Shown: positions 1 to 13,029, numbered from the whole stretch's first letter. The stretch: DNA of 63,818 nt, filler included, from Stramenopiles sp. TOSAG23-6 (GCA_900128565.1; 35 parts of 35 records of this genome joined end to end with filler, not necessarily neighbours in it), one strand, 5' to 3'. A program made the numbers and translations. The notes: generated by a model not told the origin, from the letters alone.

Positions 1-35
1 TTAGACCACTCAAGAAGAATACTTTTGAATATAGA

Positions 36-1746
36 ATGGCGATAAAAAATACAAATCCCAATGATGATAACAAATATGGTATAAATAGTTCAATTCATTT
101 ACGAACCCCGAAAGAAAAAAACGCTATATTGCTTCAAAAACTAATTAGAGGTTATAGATCTCGTCAAAGTAATACACGCGCTTTAAAACCTATGAAACCA
201 ATTACACTAATTGGTGGCAATATGCGTGTGTCCCTTGGTCGTTTGAATAATATACCGCAGCAAACACGATCCAGAAAAAGAACTCATGTAATGTGTGTAT
301 ATGCTACTATTGGTGAATATGGGAGAGAGTGGAGTCATACTCTAAGAAAAGCAAAGGCCATGGATTCTACATCACGTGCTGAAAATGTATCTAGTATAAC
401 AAGTGGTGGTGATATAAAAAGTTCAAGTATATTATATACTTCAGAAAAGTTTGGTGTCACGACTAGTATATTCATAGATCAAACACATTGGTTTCAATTG
501 GATAGTTTCTCTAATCCCGAGTTAGTTATTCTGGTTATGCTTTTATCAAAGAATGGACAGGAAGAAATGATATGCAAATCGTGTATGCAGATCCCAACGA
601 AAAGATCTAGCTTTGATCAAATTCAATTGCCTCTATTTACTCCAACGAATGGCAACGGTGGTCAAGTAGAACTATTTTGGGAGAGAAATATTGTAGCCTC
701 TGATATGAAAACCATTGAAGATATCGTGAGACACTACTCTGGAAAACAACAAAAGTCCCGATTAAAATTCATTACTGTGAAATGTTTACCTGGAGATCAT
801 GGAGGTCATTTTATGAATGGACCAAGTGATATTGGTTTATACATCAGATCATTTACTTTAGTTGATGGTTTACTTGGTCCACTGGAATCGAATGGTGTTC
901 AGCTAGGAATGCATCTAAGACGAATAGACAATAATTTTAATATAAGTGAACTAGATTCTAATCATATTTTAGATATCTTGAAAAACAAATCAAATTCAAC
1001 GCGAAACTTAACATTTTCTTCGCATGTGAGTAAAGCTGCAATCCAACAGATTACACTGAGATTATTTGCTACCAAGCGCCAACTTTATGCAACCCGAGTA
1101 ATTCAAAATTGTATGCGTCGATGGAGTGAACGTGGACATTTTGGATCAATACCGCCACCAAAAACAATGCTCGGACACGATCTTAACTTATCCTTATTAA
1201 GCGCCTCAAAACTTACACCAAGACTTCGGCGCCGAGAAAATCGTAAAACTCGAGTCATTGCAGCACTAGGCGAGTCTGGTCAGACTTGGAATATGAAAGT
1301 ACTCTGTGCAAAACAACGTGGGCTGCTCTCTAAACAACTCACAAGATCATCAGCTATGGAGAAGAATACTGAACTAGTATGGGATCGATCACTATGGATG
1401 AGACTTGATGGGCTAAAAATTCCAGAAATTACGCTCCGTGTTGTAGATGAAGAACCAATTGAGGCTGGTGTAGATGTAAAAACAAAAACTACAATAATAG
1501 GGGAATGTCTCATTTGTATAACTCCAGGACTTCGTTATTTAGCTCCAAGGGAAATCCCCATGTTATCTTTTTTGCCCGATGAATTAGAAGACTGGACAGC
1601 AAATGTAATTGTGGGATGGGAGAGATCAATGTCTGTCAATCTTGATAAGGGTGTGGGTCAACTAATGCATCTTCCAAGAAAACGTGTCATCACAGCAAAA
1701 TGCCCTCCTGGTCCACTGGGATGTACTATTGGGCGCTGTGTCGGAG
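36..1746 (+). CDS. Large protein (3' partial) with IQ-like motifs, C2-like and PDZ-like segments
   Basis: LLQKLIRGYRSR and IQNCMRRW (IQ-like); VQLGMHLRRID and CPPGPLGCTI (PDZ-like); uninterrupted ORF. Confidence 0.55.
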
Positions 1747-1846
1747 NNNNNNNNNNNNNNNNNNNNNNNNNNNNNNNNNNNNNNNNNNNNTTAATTAATT
1801 AANNNNNNNNNNNNNNNNNNNNNNNNNNNNNNNNNNNNNNNNNNNN
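1747..1846. other. Artificial contig linker N44-TTAATTAATTAA-N44 (first of 34, roughly every 1.81-1.85 kb up to 62009-62108)
   Basis: Identical six-frame-stop 12-mer flanked by Ns; contig lengths decrease along the window; ORFs are cut at the linkers. Confidence 0.98.
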
Positions 1847-1895
1847 AATTTCGTACGAAAAATAAATTCGAAATTGAAAAAAAAATAAAACATAC

Positions 1896-2646
1896 ATGTG
1901 ATGCCGTGTCATTGCTTCTAAAACATCTCTTGCGATACGTTCATATTTTGTGCCAAGCATGCTCTGGCAATCAGAGAGAATTTTACAGACTTCATCAAAA
2001 GCGTCGAAAAAATTGGTAGAACTTTCTGTAATTGAAGTACTATGAAGAGCACGTATTGTGAAAAAAAAATCGAAATTGGTCTAAAAATAGTTAGGTACAA
2101 AATTTTCTATGAAAAAAAAATAATTTAGGATCTAAAGGGTAGGGTAAAAAAACGTACATGTACCTGAGCTTCGGACAACTGAAAGCCATCGAGAAAACAA
2201 GATAGACTAGCTGATTTCTCCAATAGTTCACTACGCCTTTGTTCCATTCCTTCAGATTCGGCTAAGAAATTCCGCGTTGCTTCGTCAGTATCTACAAGAC
2301 GATCATTAACTTGATTACATGTCTCTGCAAACTCATGTACAGACACTTGTACTAACTCCAGCTGACTAGCAACAGTTTCAAAGTGTTTAACAAATTGACT
2401 GGTAAGTTCTAAACCCCGTTTTTCAAGGTCGGCACGTAAAGTGCGGCGAGCTTGTAGTGTGTTGCCGCCCGATTTTGAGTTGTCGGTAAGGGTACGGTCA
2501 ACAGCTACTGGTGCAGTAGCCGCCTTTGAAGAAACATCTGCAGGTTGTCCATAAAATGAAGCTAATGCATCTAGTGCACAAAGCATAGCTGGTGTATCCG
2601 TACGTAACTCAAGAACTTTTTTTAACTTCTTATCTAGCACCCTCAT
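1896..2646 (-). CDS. COG6: Conserved oligomeric Golgi complex subunit 6, N-terminal part (exons 2646-2158, 2050-1896)
   Basis: KLKKVLE...ALDAL...NTLQARRTLRADLEKR...FQLSEAQVH|ALH...FFDAFDEV; frame restored by removing 2051-2157. Confidence 0.85.
2051..2157 (-). mobile_element. Introner-like intron, GT...GT variant (ends ATACGT)
   Basis: GTACGT donor, TACCTAAC branch motif; removal gives in-frame COG6. Confidence 0.75.
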
Positions 2647-3084
2647 AGTAAAATATATGTACTCTTATAATTATGGGAAAATAACCATGCAATTCATTCG
2701 CATGGGTTAATACAGTGATACACTACTTTTATCATACAGAAGCCATACAGAATTGGATATAGCCTACCTTACACGGTGATGCGTCCAAAAAAAAACATCA
2801 ACGCGCGACTGGTCATGTTCACATGCGCGGCATGAACACGAAAAAATCGGGCGTTTCTTATATAAATAAAAAGATCAAATAACCAATAGTAGCTATAGGC
2901 CAAATTGTGTAATTAATAAAAATATGATAATATATCATAAAATCGAGCGGATGAAGAAAAAAAAAAGGTTCATTTTAACTTTCTTTTTTATAATAATATA
3001 TATTTTAAAAATTCTTCAATGTTACATCCACAAAAAAAGATTTTGACATCTTATTAGATTAGGGTTGGGGGTTCCTCAAGTTTT

Positions 3085-3592
3085 TTACATTTGGTAGGTA
3101 CAGATAGTACCATCTTCAGTACCAATAATAACTTTATTCCGAGAAAACCATTTTATACAAGTCACAGGAGAGTTAGGAGGGTGTGCAGAAGAGTTAGGAG
3201 GATTAGGGTTTACAGTTTTTGATACATCATTTTCACTCAATATATAAGGATTATCATTCTGATATATAGCAAGACTTATATGAGGTTTCCCAAATTTTGC
3301 ATTTCCTTTTACATACTTTTTCACATTAAAAAATTTCACATTCCCATCTGCACTGGCCACAGCTAATAGCAACTCTGAATCACTATTGTCTATTTCCTGA
3401 AATGCTAAATCACAAATATTACTTGAAAACCCAATACAAGCAACAGGTGTTGTACCTGCTGGCCCTTTTCCAGAAAAATCCCATACAGTACATTGATTTG
3501 CACCACATGTAGCTAAATAATTTCCATCTTTACTAAACAAAATTTGATACAGACTACAAATGAAACAACTGAAAAAAATGAAAACAATACAA
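3085..3592 (-). CDS. WD40-repeat protein, C-terminal fragment
   Basis: FSKDGNYLATCG..CTVWD, LAVASADGNVKFF, IIGTEDGTI. Confidence 0.75.
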
Positions 3593-3692
3593 NNNNNNNN
3601 NNNNNNNNNNNNNNNNNNNNNNNNNNNNNNNNNNNNTTAATTAATTAANNNNNNNNNNNNNNNNNNNNNNNNNNNNNNNNNNNNNNNNNNNN

Positions 3693-5141
3693 AAAAATAC
3701 CAAAAATACCAAAGTTCAAATTAGCCTATATATCGAGTGATTTCGGTGCACATACTGTTGGTAATTTATTTCATACTATTCCTTCGTATCATACACGAAA
3801 TAAAGATAAAAATTTTAAAACGTATACTTTTGCAGATAGTATCGATGATGGTTCATATTTTCGACAATTTATTCAATCGCACTCAGAGGAATTTACTGAC
3901 ATTTCAAGTTATTCTAACGGGGAGGTATTTCGTGTTCTCAAAGATATTCATGTTGTTATTGATCTCAATGGGCTTTCACGTGGAAGTAGGTCTGATGTCT
4001 ATGCTGCATATATTGCACAACGTAACTCTAACCATAAAAACCATAAAAACCATAAAAAAAAAAAAAACGAAAAAAAAAAAAAAAAAAAAAAAAAAAAACG
4101 TAAAAACAATAGAAAAACAAAACATAAAAACACCTATTTTAGCTTCCTACTTAGGGTTTCCTTCCACTACTGGTGGTATTCATGATGTATTTATTACAGA
4201 TAAAATAGCATCTCCACCTGAAACATCAAATACTTTTGTTGAGAAATTAGTTTTTCTTCCAAATAGTTATGTACGTTTTCATTTCAATTTTGAATTTATT
4301 TTTTTTTTTATAAAAATTTTGTACCTAACAAATTTTAGTTTTTTTTTCTAAAATATTTTTTCACAATACATTTACCTACTTCATACAGAACATTACAAAA
4401 AGATGAAACAGCTCAGAAGCATCAAAAATGGACATCAATATTTCCAAAGAATAAAGTTATATTATGCTCATTTGGACAATTGTATAAATTTTCGCCCAGA
4501 GTATGTGACACGTGGGCTGGAATATTACGAGAAACATCAAATACAATTCTTTGGATGGTTCAGCACAAATCCATGACGAATAAGGCCGTAGAAAATTTGA
4601 AACTAGAACTATTATCTAGAGGTATAAGTAGACATCGGATATTTGTAACAGATTTGATACCTTTCGATGAACATTTAGACGCAAAACAGGTTTGTTCTTT
4701 GTCACTTGATACGTTTCCATATTCTGCACATAGCACCGCTGCTGATATGTCATGGGCAAGTGTACCTCATATTAGCATAACTGGTGAAATAACGCCTTCT
4801 CGTGTTGGAGCGAGTATCAATAAAAGCATGGGTTTGGATTATTTATTAGAAATGAGTAGTATGAAAGAATATTCAAATGTTGTCTTTCAATTGGTACAAA
4901 ACCAAGCACGAAATCTTCTTTCTTTTCATAATCGTAATTCTAATTCTAATCCTAATAATGAAACTTTCATGAATGATGTGTATCCATCTTCTATTTTGAA
5001 AGTATTGAAAAAACACCTGTATAAAATGCGCTTCAAGAAAGGTACAATATTGGATACCGAAACAACAGCAAAAAATCTGGAGAGAGCTGCTAAACTCTTG
5101 TGGGAAACACGAAATAATATGATTTTCAGCAAAGATGGAAT
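3693..5141 (+). CDS. O-GlcNAc transferase-like (GT41) catalytic region; frame broken in the poly-A tract at ~4055-4097
   Basis: LAYISSDFGAHTVG, VIDLNG, YLGFPSTTG, ITDKIASP, CSFGQLYKF, LSLDTFPYSAHSTAAD, SRVGAS. Confidence 0.85.
4271..4371 (+). mobile_element. Introner-like GT...AT intron (101 nt)
   Basis: tat|GTACGT...GTACCTAAC...ACAATACAT|tta; joins PNSY|LPTSY in frame with CSFGQLYKF. Confidence 0.85.
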
Positions 5142-5770
5142 GTACGTATTTTTTTTTACCAAACAAATGTACAATTGTTTTTTTTTCCTTACGAAATTTT
5201 GTACCTAACAAAACAAATCAATGTAAAATATATTTCTACACTATTTGTTTCCATCTCATATAGTTGTTGCACCACGTACAACTAATACATCATTTGATAA
5301 GAAAAATTAATATAATTGTTGCACCACGTACAACTAATACATCATTAGAATATATAATATAATGTGTAGAACGTGTCACAATTATATTAATTTTTCTTAT
5401 CAAATAAAATAAACGTAAAAAGGTAAAACAGAGTATGNNNNNNNNNNNNNNNNNNNNNNNNNNNNNNNNNNNNNNNNNNNNTTAATTAATTAANNNNNNN
5501 NNNNNNNNNNNNNNNNNNNNNNNNNNNNNNNNNNNNNAGGAGAAACTGATGAAAGAATAGCTTTACAAAGTAGCAAATTTTGTAGTGACTTAAAGTCAGA
5601 TTTTTACAACTGGTGTATTGTTCACCAGTCCAGGAGACCTCTCGTAGAGAACTTTTTAAAAGAGGGAAAAGGTTGAAATAAACCAAAAATGAGAAAGTTA
5701 AAAGGAGGATATTAAAATAATAAAAGTGAAGAATAAAATTTGTCAGTAGATAGCAGTACTGCGGTATAAC

Positions 5771-6145
5771 CTAAAGAGACATTTTTATCCAATTTGTAAA
5801 CAAACTATTTTTTGATGAAATTGTACACCGAAATCCTGAAAGCTTCCATTTACTGTAAGGAAAGTTACGATATGCCAGAACTTCGACATCTACAGGGAAA
5901 ACTTTACAGTTATCTTTTTTCCCATTAGAATAGTACCTACACAGTTCAACCTCTAGTAGACAAAACTGTTTCAGAAAACTGTTCTCAGTACTATTTACTA
6001 CATTTTTTTGTGTTGTTGTTTCTATTGAACGCATTATATTTTGATATCTGTCATAAGAAATTTCTTTCATTCTCACTGACTTAATTGTAGGAATTTTTGG
6101 GTCGCCAAAATTTTCATTTAATTCAACAATGATAAGACGTCTCAA
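5771..6145 (-). CDS. Hypothetical protein
   Basis: ORF only, no recognised motif. Confidence 0.35.
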   Translation of the reverse strand: MRRLIIVELNENFGDPKIPTIKSVRMKEISYDRYQNIMRSIETTTQKNVVNSTENSFLKQFCLLEVELCRYYSNGKKDNCKVFPVDVEVLAYRNFPYSKWKLSGFRCTISSKNSLFTNWIKMSL

Positions 6146-6959
6146 GTTTTTGAATGATCTCGATGAAGTATATAGAGTATAGGAGACAAAAGCATCAGCG
6201 ATAGTGAGATATCGAACAACTTGGAACCGCGAAAACCATGAAGAGACCGAACATTATTTATAGTAAAGGAAAGAGCACAAAGGCTTGACGCGGCAATTAT
6301 GGGAGCCACAAATGGACCGAGGAAAGTTGCAACACGCCCAGTAAAAAAAAGTAAACGTAGTCCAAGTCCAAAGGCAATAGCACCAAACGCTATTTGTAAG
6401 CCAATTTGAACATATGAAACATCAGTCTCTCTGGCAATTTTTTTTAAAGCTTTGTTTCATGAAGCTTTGTTTTGATTAGTGCGTTTTTTTGAAGAAGAGC
6501 AAAAAGGGCGTGAAATAAAGGGATAGGAATGTTTTCGTGAAATAAAGGACTGCGCGCTACAAGAATGAAAACATCTATAGGAAGGCCCTTTCAATAGGTT
6601 TGTATGAAGATATCTCGTAAAATCACTTATATTTCTAAGTGGGTGTAAGTCATCGGAACGGGCTATTGTGTGCCTATAAATAATTCGAAGCATGTGTGAC
6701 TTTTTCTTCTTATAAACTTAAATTTCTAGAAAAAAAACAGTCAGTCCAGTCCTAACTAAATCTTAAACCACTTACCTACAGAGAGTACTATATATCCATT
6801 TAACTATAGTATTTACGTTGTATCGTATTGCTGTACTGTCCTGGACAGCTTCTCAATGTTGCGTTGTGATATTCCTTAACATACGTTGGATTAGTTTGAG
6901 TATACAACCCTAATAGCTACAGCTAGCTGTAAAATCCATAGTATTACGCTTGAAAAAGA

Positions 6960-7282
6960 ATGGATGCTGTATCGTCAGTGACAAGCGTCAAAAACTCTTC
7001 TGTTGGACCTCTTGGAGCTCTTCAGCATATATTAGCAAAGGAATATGCAGGGTGGAAAATATTGCGCCGAGAAATTCGTGAATATTCAGACTTAGAGAAC
7101 ACAATATCAAAGCTCAAAAATGCAAAGAAATTCGAGACACTGGTAAGTTTTTCTCCTTTTCCTCATTTCACCGACGATTCTATGTAGTTTTCTATACTTG
7201 AATTCCTTATAACTTGATGACTTATAATGAACTTTCCGTGATATCAATCTTTTATTATAGGTAGACTTAGGAGCTGGGTGTT
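6960..7282 (+). CDS. UXT: Prefoldin alpha-like protein UXT (3' partial) with canonical GT-AG intron 7143-7260
   Basis: EIREYSDLENTISKL...FETL|VDLGAGC; GTAAGT...TATAG. Confidence 0.65.
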
Positions 7283-7382
7283 NNNNNNNNNNNNNNNNNN
7301 NNNNNNNNNNNNNNNNNNNNNNNNNNTTAATTAATTAANNNNNNNNNNNNNNNNNNNNNNNNNNNNNNNNNNNNNNNNNNNN

Positions 7383-8067
7383 TGGCGTCATTGTATGTGG
7401 TTGGACGGGTCCTCACTGGTGGAGATCTTGGCTTTCATTTTCTGTTGGTTACTGGTGTGCTGACAGCGTTCACCATGCATTAAAACCAGATCTCTCAATG
7501 GTGGCACATCACTTAGTTGTCGGAGGATGTAATTTTTTCGCAGGACATTGGTATCATGCAGTCATCGCAGGTGCAGGTGTTCCTGAATTTGCAGTATGGT
7601 TAAGTTCTGCTGGATATTTGATGGAGCTTAGCACAGTTTTTCTATGTTTACGTTGGTTTTCAAAAATGCTACGCCCTACTCGAAGTGCACATTACAGTAT
7701 GACTACAATTATGATGCTTGTGACTTGGTTTCCAGTTCGTTGTCTATTTGCTCCTTATGTTTTACTGTTCCAAGTATTACCCAGATTAACTACATACTAT
7801 GCAATAGGGAGTCTTGCGTTTGGTTGTTGTGCAGTGTTTGGTTGGACAGTAATCATTGCATTGAACTTCAAAACAACTCATCAAATGCTTCGTGCAAAAA
7901 ATATTAAAAGTAGAAAAGATTTAGACGTTAAAGGTATAATTTGTGGTATAGATTTTCTTTCCTTTATAAGACATAACGGGAAACCCGTGCGGCAAGGGAT
8001 AAAGGAAGAGGTAGCTTTATGGAAAACTTGTGTTGAAAAGCAATTAACGGAAACAGGTTTATTGTGA
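7383..8067 (+). CDS. TLC (TRAM/LAG1/CLN8) domain membrane protein, 5' partial
   Basis: MVAHH, YLMELSTVFLCLRW, TWFPVR; several TM segments. Confidence 0.75.
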
Positions 8068-8338
8068 AAAAAAAATAAAATTAATGGGAAAATGTATACT
8101 TCAATATACTTCAAAAAAAGATTTATTATATAACTTATTTATTTTTTAAACACAACCGTGCGCTTGGTCCTCCTTATCGTATTATTATTGATACAAATTT
8201 TATTAATTTTAGTATCAAGAACAAGTTAGAAATGNNNNNNNNNNNNNNNNNNNNNNNNNNNNNNNNNNNNNNNNNNNNNNNNNNNNNNNNNNNNNNNNNN
8301 NNNNNNNNNNNNNNNNNATCTATCTAATTAACATTACA

Positions 8339-8851
8339 CTACTGGGAATTTGAGATAAGACCACCACACTTTTTCTGGACACGCTGGAGTCCTTTTTTAA
8401 TACTCTTGACAAACGCTGGAAATGTCGGATCCATGAGACAAGATCCTATATCTGCATCAAGTTGGCGTAAACGTTGTTCGTCCTGTAATCGTTTTTTTTC
8501 CTTTTCTATCTTATTGGTTTGTTCTTTACTCCTATCCACAATTGATATTCCCAACATTGAACTCATCAGTATTTCAGTCATTTTAGCTTCATTTTCATTT
8601 GTAAAACGTATGTGAAATTCGTAACTAGCATAACTATTTGTCTCTTTGACAAAGATGCGCATTCCATTTTCCCCTTCAAATATTCCACTAAGGCTTGAAA
8701 AGTCTCTATTGGTTTCAAATCGTTCAAGAGTAGATTTTCCAGGTGAATTGACGCACATCTTTTTACCAGGGCCTACTATAAGGTGACAATTTCGAACCTT
8801 TTTATGTGCACCATTACAATATTTAGAGTATTCGACCTGGATGTTCATCAT
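8339..8851 (-). CDS. REC114-like meiotic DSB accessory protein (candidate)
   Basis: C-terminal CLMDPTFPAFVKSI resembles the REC114 C-terminal motif as I recall it (CL.D..FP.FV); beta-rich PH-like N-terminus. Confidence 0.55.
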   Translation of the reverse strand: MMNIQVEYSKYCNGAHKKVRNCHLIVGPGKKMCVNSPGKSTLERFETNRDFSSLSGIFEGENGMRIFVKETNSYASYEFHIRFTNENEAKMTEILMSSMLGISIVDRSKEQTNKIEKEKKRLQDEQRLRQLDADIGSCLMDPTFPAFVKSIKKGLQRVQKKCGGLISNSQ

Positions 8852-9227
8852 ATGTGCAGAATAATAAGATTATGATAGCTAAGCTAAAGTTGCAAGGGTC
8901 AATTTTTTGATTGGCTTTTTTGCACATGCATGATGAAACAAAAAAAAATCGAAAATCCCCGACGGAGATAAGAGACGACCGTTTCGACCGGCGTTTCGAA
9001 TTTCTATCAAGTTTGATGTTTTAAAAACAACAAACAGACGTTGATTGATAAACCTTTTGTTATCCAATGAATACATGGCGCCAACGTGAGTCTTCAAAGA
9101 ATTGGATACCTAAAAGTGGTAGACATTNNNNNNNNNNNNNNNNNNNNNNNNNNNNNNNNNNNNNNNNNNNNTTAATTAATTAANNNNNNNNNNNNNNNNN
9201 NNNNNNNNNNNNNNNNNNNNNNNNNNN

Positions 9228-10971
9228 AATATTGTGTTTGAATTATGATTATTCATTTGTTTTATTTTTCTGTTATTTTATACATTATATTGTGCATTTT
9301 TTATTTATTTCAAATATACTACAACAAAAGAATATTGTGTTTGAATGATGATTATTCATTTGTTTTATTTTTATGTTATTTCAGAGATTATATTTTGTAC
9401 TTTTGATTTATTTCAAATACAACTATAGCAAAGATTATCTTGATAGAATGATGCTAACTCATATTTGGTTGGTTATTGAGATATTGTATATATTACCGAC
9501 TGTACTTTGAGGGCATAACAAATATAACTTTACAACAAAGATTACCTTGATAGAATTAAGATTATTCATTTTGTTTATTATTGAGATATTGCTAACGTTA
9601 TAAGAAGTAATTTTGATTGTTTTCAAATACAACTACAATGAGATAAATCTTGATTGAATTTTGATTTTCATTTGGTTAATTATTTAGATATTGCTAACAT
9701 TATATGGAGTATTTTAATTTTTTTACAACTACAACATAGAGATTATATGAAGTACTTTTGATTTATTTCAAATATGACTACAACGAAGAATATTTGGTTT
9801 GAATTATGATTATTCACTTGGTTTATTATTCAGATATTGCTCACATTATATATTGTATTTTTGAATTTATTCAAACATAACTACAACAAAGAATATAAAT
9901 TATGGTTATTCATTTTTTTGAAATTCAGGTACTGTATACATTATATGAAGTATTTTTGATTTATTTCAAATATTACTACAACAAAGAATATCTTGATAGA
10001 ATTATAAATATTCATTTTGTTTTATTATTCAGATATTGTATACATTATATGAAGTATTTTTGATTTCTTTCAAATATTACTACAACAAAAGAATATTGTG
10101 TTTGAATTATAATTATTCATTTGTTCTATTATTCAGATATTGTATACATTATATGAACCCTTATACGTATTTTTAATTTTGATACAACTATAACTACAAC
10201 AAAGAATGCATCTTAGTAGAATTATGATTATCAATTTTGTGTATTATTCAGATATTGTATACATTATATTCCATATTTTAGATTTATTACACATATAAGT
10301 ACAACAAAAGAATATTGTGTTTGAATGATGATTATTCATTTGGTTTATTATTCAGATATTGTATACATGATATGGTGTATTTTAATTTTGTTACAAATAT
10401 ATCTACAACAATGAATATCTTGATAGAATTATGATTACTCATATGTTTTTTTTTTCAGATATTGTATACATTAAATGGAGTATTTTTAATTTCAGNNNNN
10501 NNNNNNNNNNNNNNNNNNNNNNNNNNNNNNNNNNNNNNNNNNNNNNNNNNNNNNNNNNNNNNNNNNNNNNNGGTTTATTATTCAGATATTGTATACATTA
10601 TATGGAGTATTTTTGATTTACTTCAAATATTACTACAACAAAAGAATATTGTGTTTGAATTATGATTATTCATTTTGTGTATTATTCAGATATTGTATAC
10701 ATTATATGGAGTATTTTTGATTTATTTCAAATATTACTACAACAAAGAATATCTTTGTAGAATTATGATTATTCATTTTGTTTATTATTCAGATATTGTA
10801 TACATGATATGCTGTATTTTAATTTTGTTACAAATACAACTACAACAAAGAATATCTTGATAGAATTATAATTATTCATTTGGTTTATTATTCAGATATT
10901 GTATACATTATATGCGGTATTTTAATTTTGATACAACTATAACTACAACAAAGAATGTATCTTGATTGAAT
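9228..10971. repeat. AT-rich tandem satellite, ~103-104 bp monomer, ~16-17 copies filling the contig
   Basis: TTCAGATATTGTATAC recurs at 10028, 10132, 10247, 10351, 10454, 10581, 10685, 10788, 10891. Confidence 0.92.
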
Positions 10972-11146
10972 NNNNNNNNNNNNNNNNNNNNNNNNNNNNN
11001 NNNNNNNNNNNNNNNTTAATTAATTAANNNNNNNNNNNNNNNNNNNNNNNNNNNNNNNNNNNNNNNNNNNNAAAAAAACTAAAATTTGTTAGGTACAAAA
11101 TTTCGTACGAAAAAAAAATTCGAAATTGAAAAAAAATAAAACGTAC

Positions 11147-11666
11147 ATTATTCCCCGAATTGTCAAACAAGTTTTTATTGGCAACTTGGTTACTGGCTTT
11201 GTTTCGCACGCTTTCCCAGGTCATTTTCTCTGTATTTTTGTTTAGTTTACTTTTATCTTTACTTCCAATATCAATCAGGTTTGAAAAATCTCTCGCTTTC
11301 TTTGAACTGTTATTGCTTCTTGTATCACGTACTCCGGCATTTGGTATATTGCCTTGATTAGTTGCTACGATAGCTTCGACCTGTAGCTTCGCAGTTGCAA
11401 CAGCTGTAATAGAACCTGAGATGATACAAAATGCTTGTTCAACACCATTTGTTATAACTTTGACGGTTTCTATGTTCATTTCTAGATTTACTATGGTAAG
11501 GGTCGCTTCTACGGCGCTCACGACTACGACTTCGATGGTCACTAGAATTTCTATACCGGTCTCTACTACGACTTCGGCTACGTCTCCTATTCCGATCACG
11601 AATATTTGGAGAATTCCTACTTTGTTTTATGTTTTCTGCATACTTTCCACCTGAAGTTGAGGTCAT
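11147..11666 (-). CDS. RS-rich N-terminus followed, in another frame, by a KH-like segment; probable RNA-binding protein, locally misassembled
   Basis: RRRSRSRSRDR...; CIISGSITAVATAKLQVEAIV (KH-like); ends at an introner donor at 11146. Confidence 0.4.
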
Positions 11667-11872
11667 TTGAGTGACTATTATATATACTGCTTTCTTCCGG
11701 ACGTGGTCGCGTAAATATTAAATTTGCAAAAATTGTAAGATGACGAAAATTTTTGGGAATTTTTTTGGTACCGGGTATCCATCATAACGAGTCAGTTTTC
11801 TCTTTCAAAACGGTCTCTCTTGTTACCTTGGAAGGTACGACGTAGAAGTTTGCCTGTAGTGGTAAAAATAAT

Positions 11873-12809
11873 ATGGGTTCTCAAGAGAGCGATACTCAAC
11901 CAATTGTGCCAATCAGCAAACCTCATCAACCTCGCGTTGTCAATAAGGATGCATTTAGCGAGGAACTTGAAAAAGCAATACGTCAATGGCCTGTACTAAA
12001 AATGGCAAAGGACTTTGTCAGCGACGCAGAAGAATTTACGTCGGATTTGATTTTTGACCTTCGCGAACACTGTATTGAAAATGCCATTGAGAAGCACAAA
12101 CATGTTGAAGTAGACGACGTAGAAGATTTTATATTAACAGTCTTATCGGATGATTTCAAAATTGATCTGGAAACTACGGATAGAAGTGCTGAATATATTG
12201 CTAAAAAAATTGTCACTTTTTGTACTCTCTATCTTCAACAACCACCCATCGGTCAACCTTGGCCTGACAAAACTAACAAAGGTTCACTTAAAGTGGCGAA
12301 ACCAATACTATCAAAACCAAAAATAAAAGATCCGGAAACTTTCTGTCATAAAGTTCGAGAATTTATATTAGACTGNNNNNNNNNNNNNNNNNNNNNNNNN
12401 NNNNNNNNNNNNNNNNTAAAACTTGTACTCGAGAATGAATTCATCGAGGACGTTTCAAATCTTGTAGATGAAATGATAAAAGACTTGACTGATCATTGCA
12501 TGAATTTTGTTGGAAGACGTAAGCATGTTACCATGAAGGATATACGTGAATACATTTTAGCAGTCGTTGATGATGATTTTCAGATTGATTTAGAAGAGAG
12601 TGATGAAACCGTTAAATATATTTCAAAGAACATTATACAACTCTGCGAAACATTTCTGCTTCAGCCTCCTCTTCATGCATTATGGCCATCCCAAGCACGT
12701 ACAACGGCGAGCGTAGAACATGCCAGAAATAATGTCCCTATAGCATGGAGTACAGCTAAAATTCCTGCATCGGTGATGAAAGCGATTGAAACCGAAAATT
12801 CTACAAAGG
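11873..12809 (+). CDS. Protein with two tandem Tsr2-like domains (3' partial)
   Basis: WPVLKMA...VEDFILTVLSDDFKIDLE..DRSAEYIAKKI, repeated as IREYILAVVDDDFQIDLEESDETVKYISKNI. Confidence 0.5.
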
Positions 12810-13029
12810 NNNNNNNNNNNNNNNNNNNNNNNNNNNNNNNNNNNNNNNNNNNNTTAATTAATTAANNNNNNNNNNNNNNNNNNNNNNNNNNNNNNNNNNN
12901 NNNNNNNNNAAAAAAAAAAAAAAAAAAAAAAAAATTTTTTTTCATAAAAAATTTTCGACGACATTGACTTGACCTCATAATTTTTTTTACACTACAAAAA
13001 TAAAAAATATTTTTCCAAAATAAATGTGA

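Noticed and set aside
4271-4371. U12-type (minor) AT-AC introns
   Set aside because: No RTATCCT donor; the upstream AT and the penultimate AC both vary among copies while GT and the terminal AT are nearly fixed. Not fully excluded without cDNA.
9228-10971. CRISPR array or coding ORFs in the satellite
   Set aside because: Whole monomers repeat with no unique spacers; the short ORFs are translations of the repeat.
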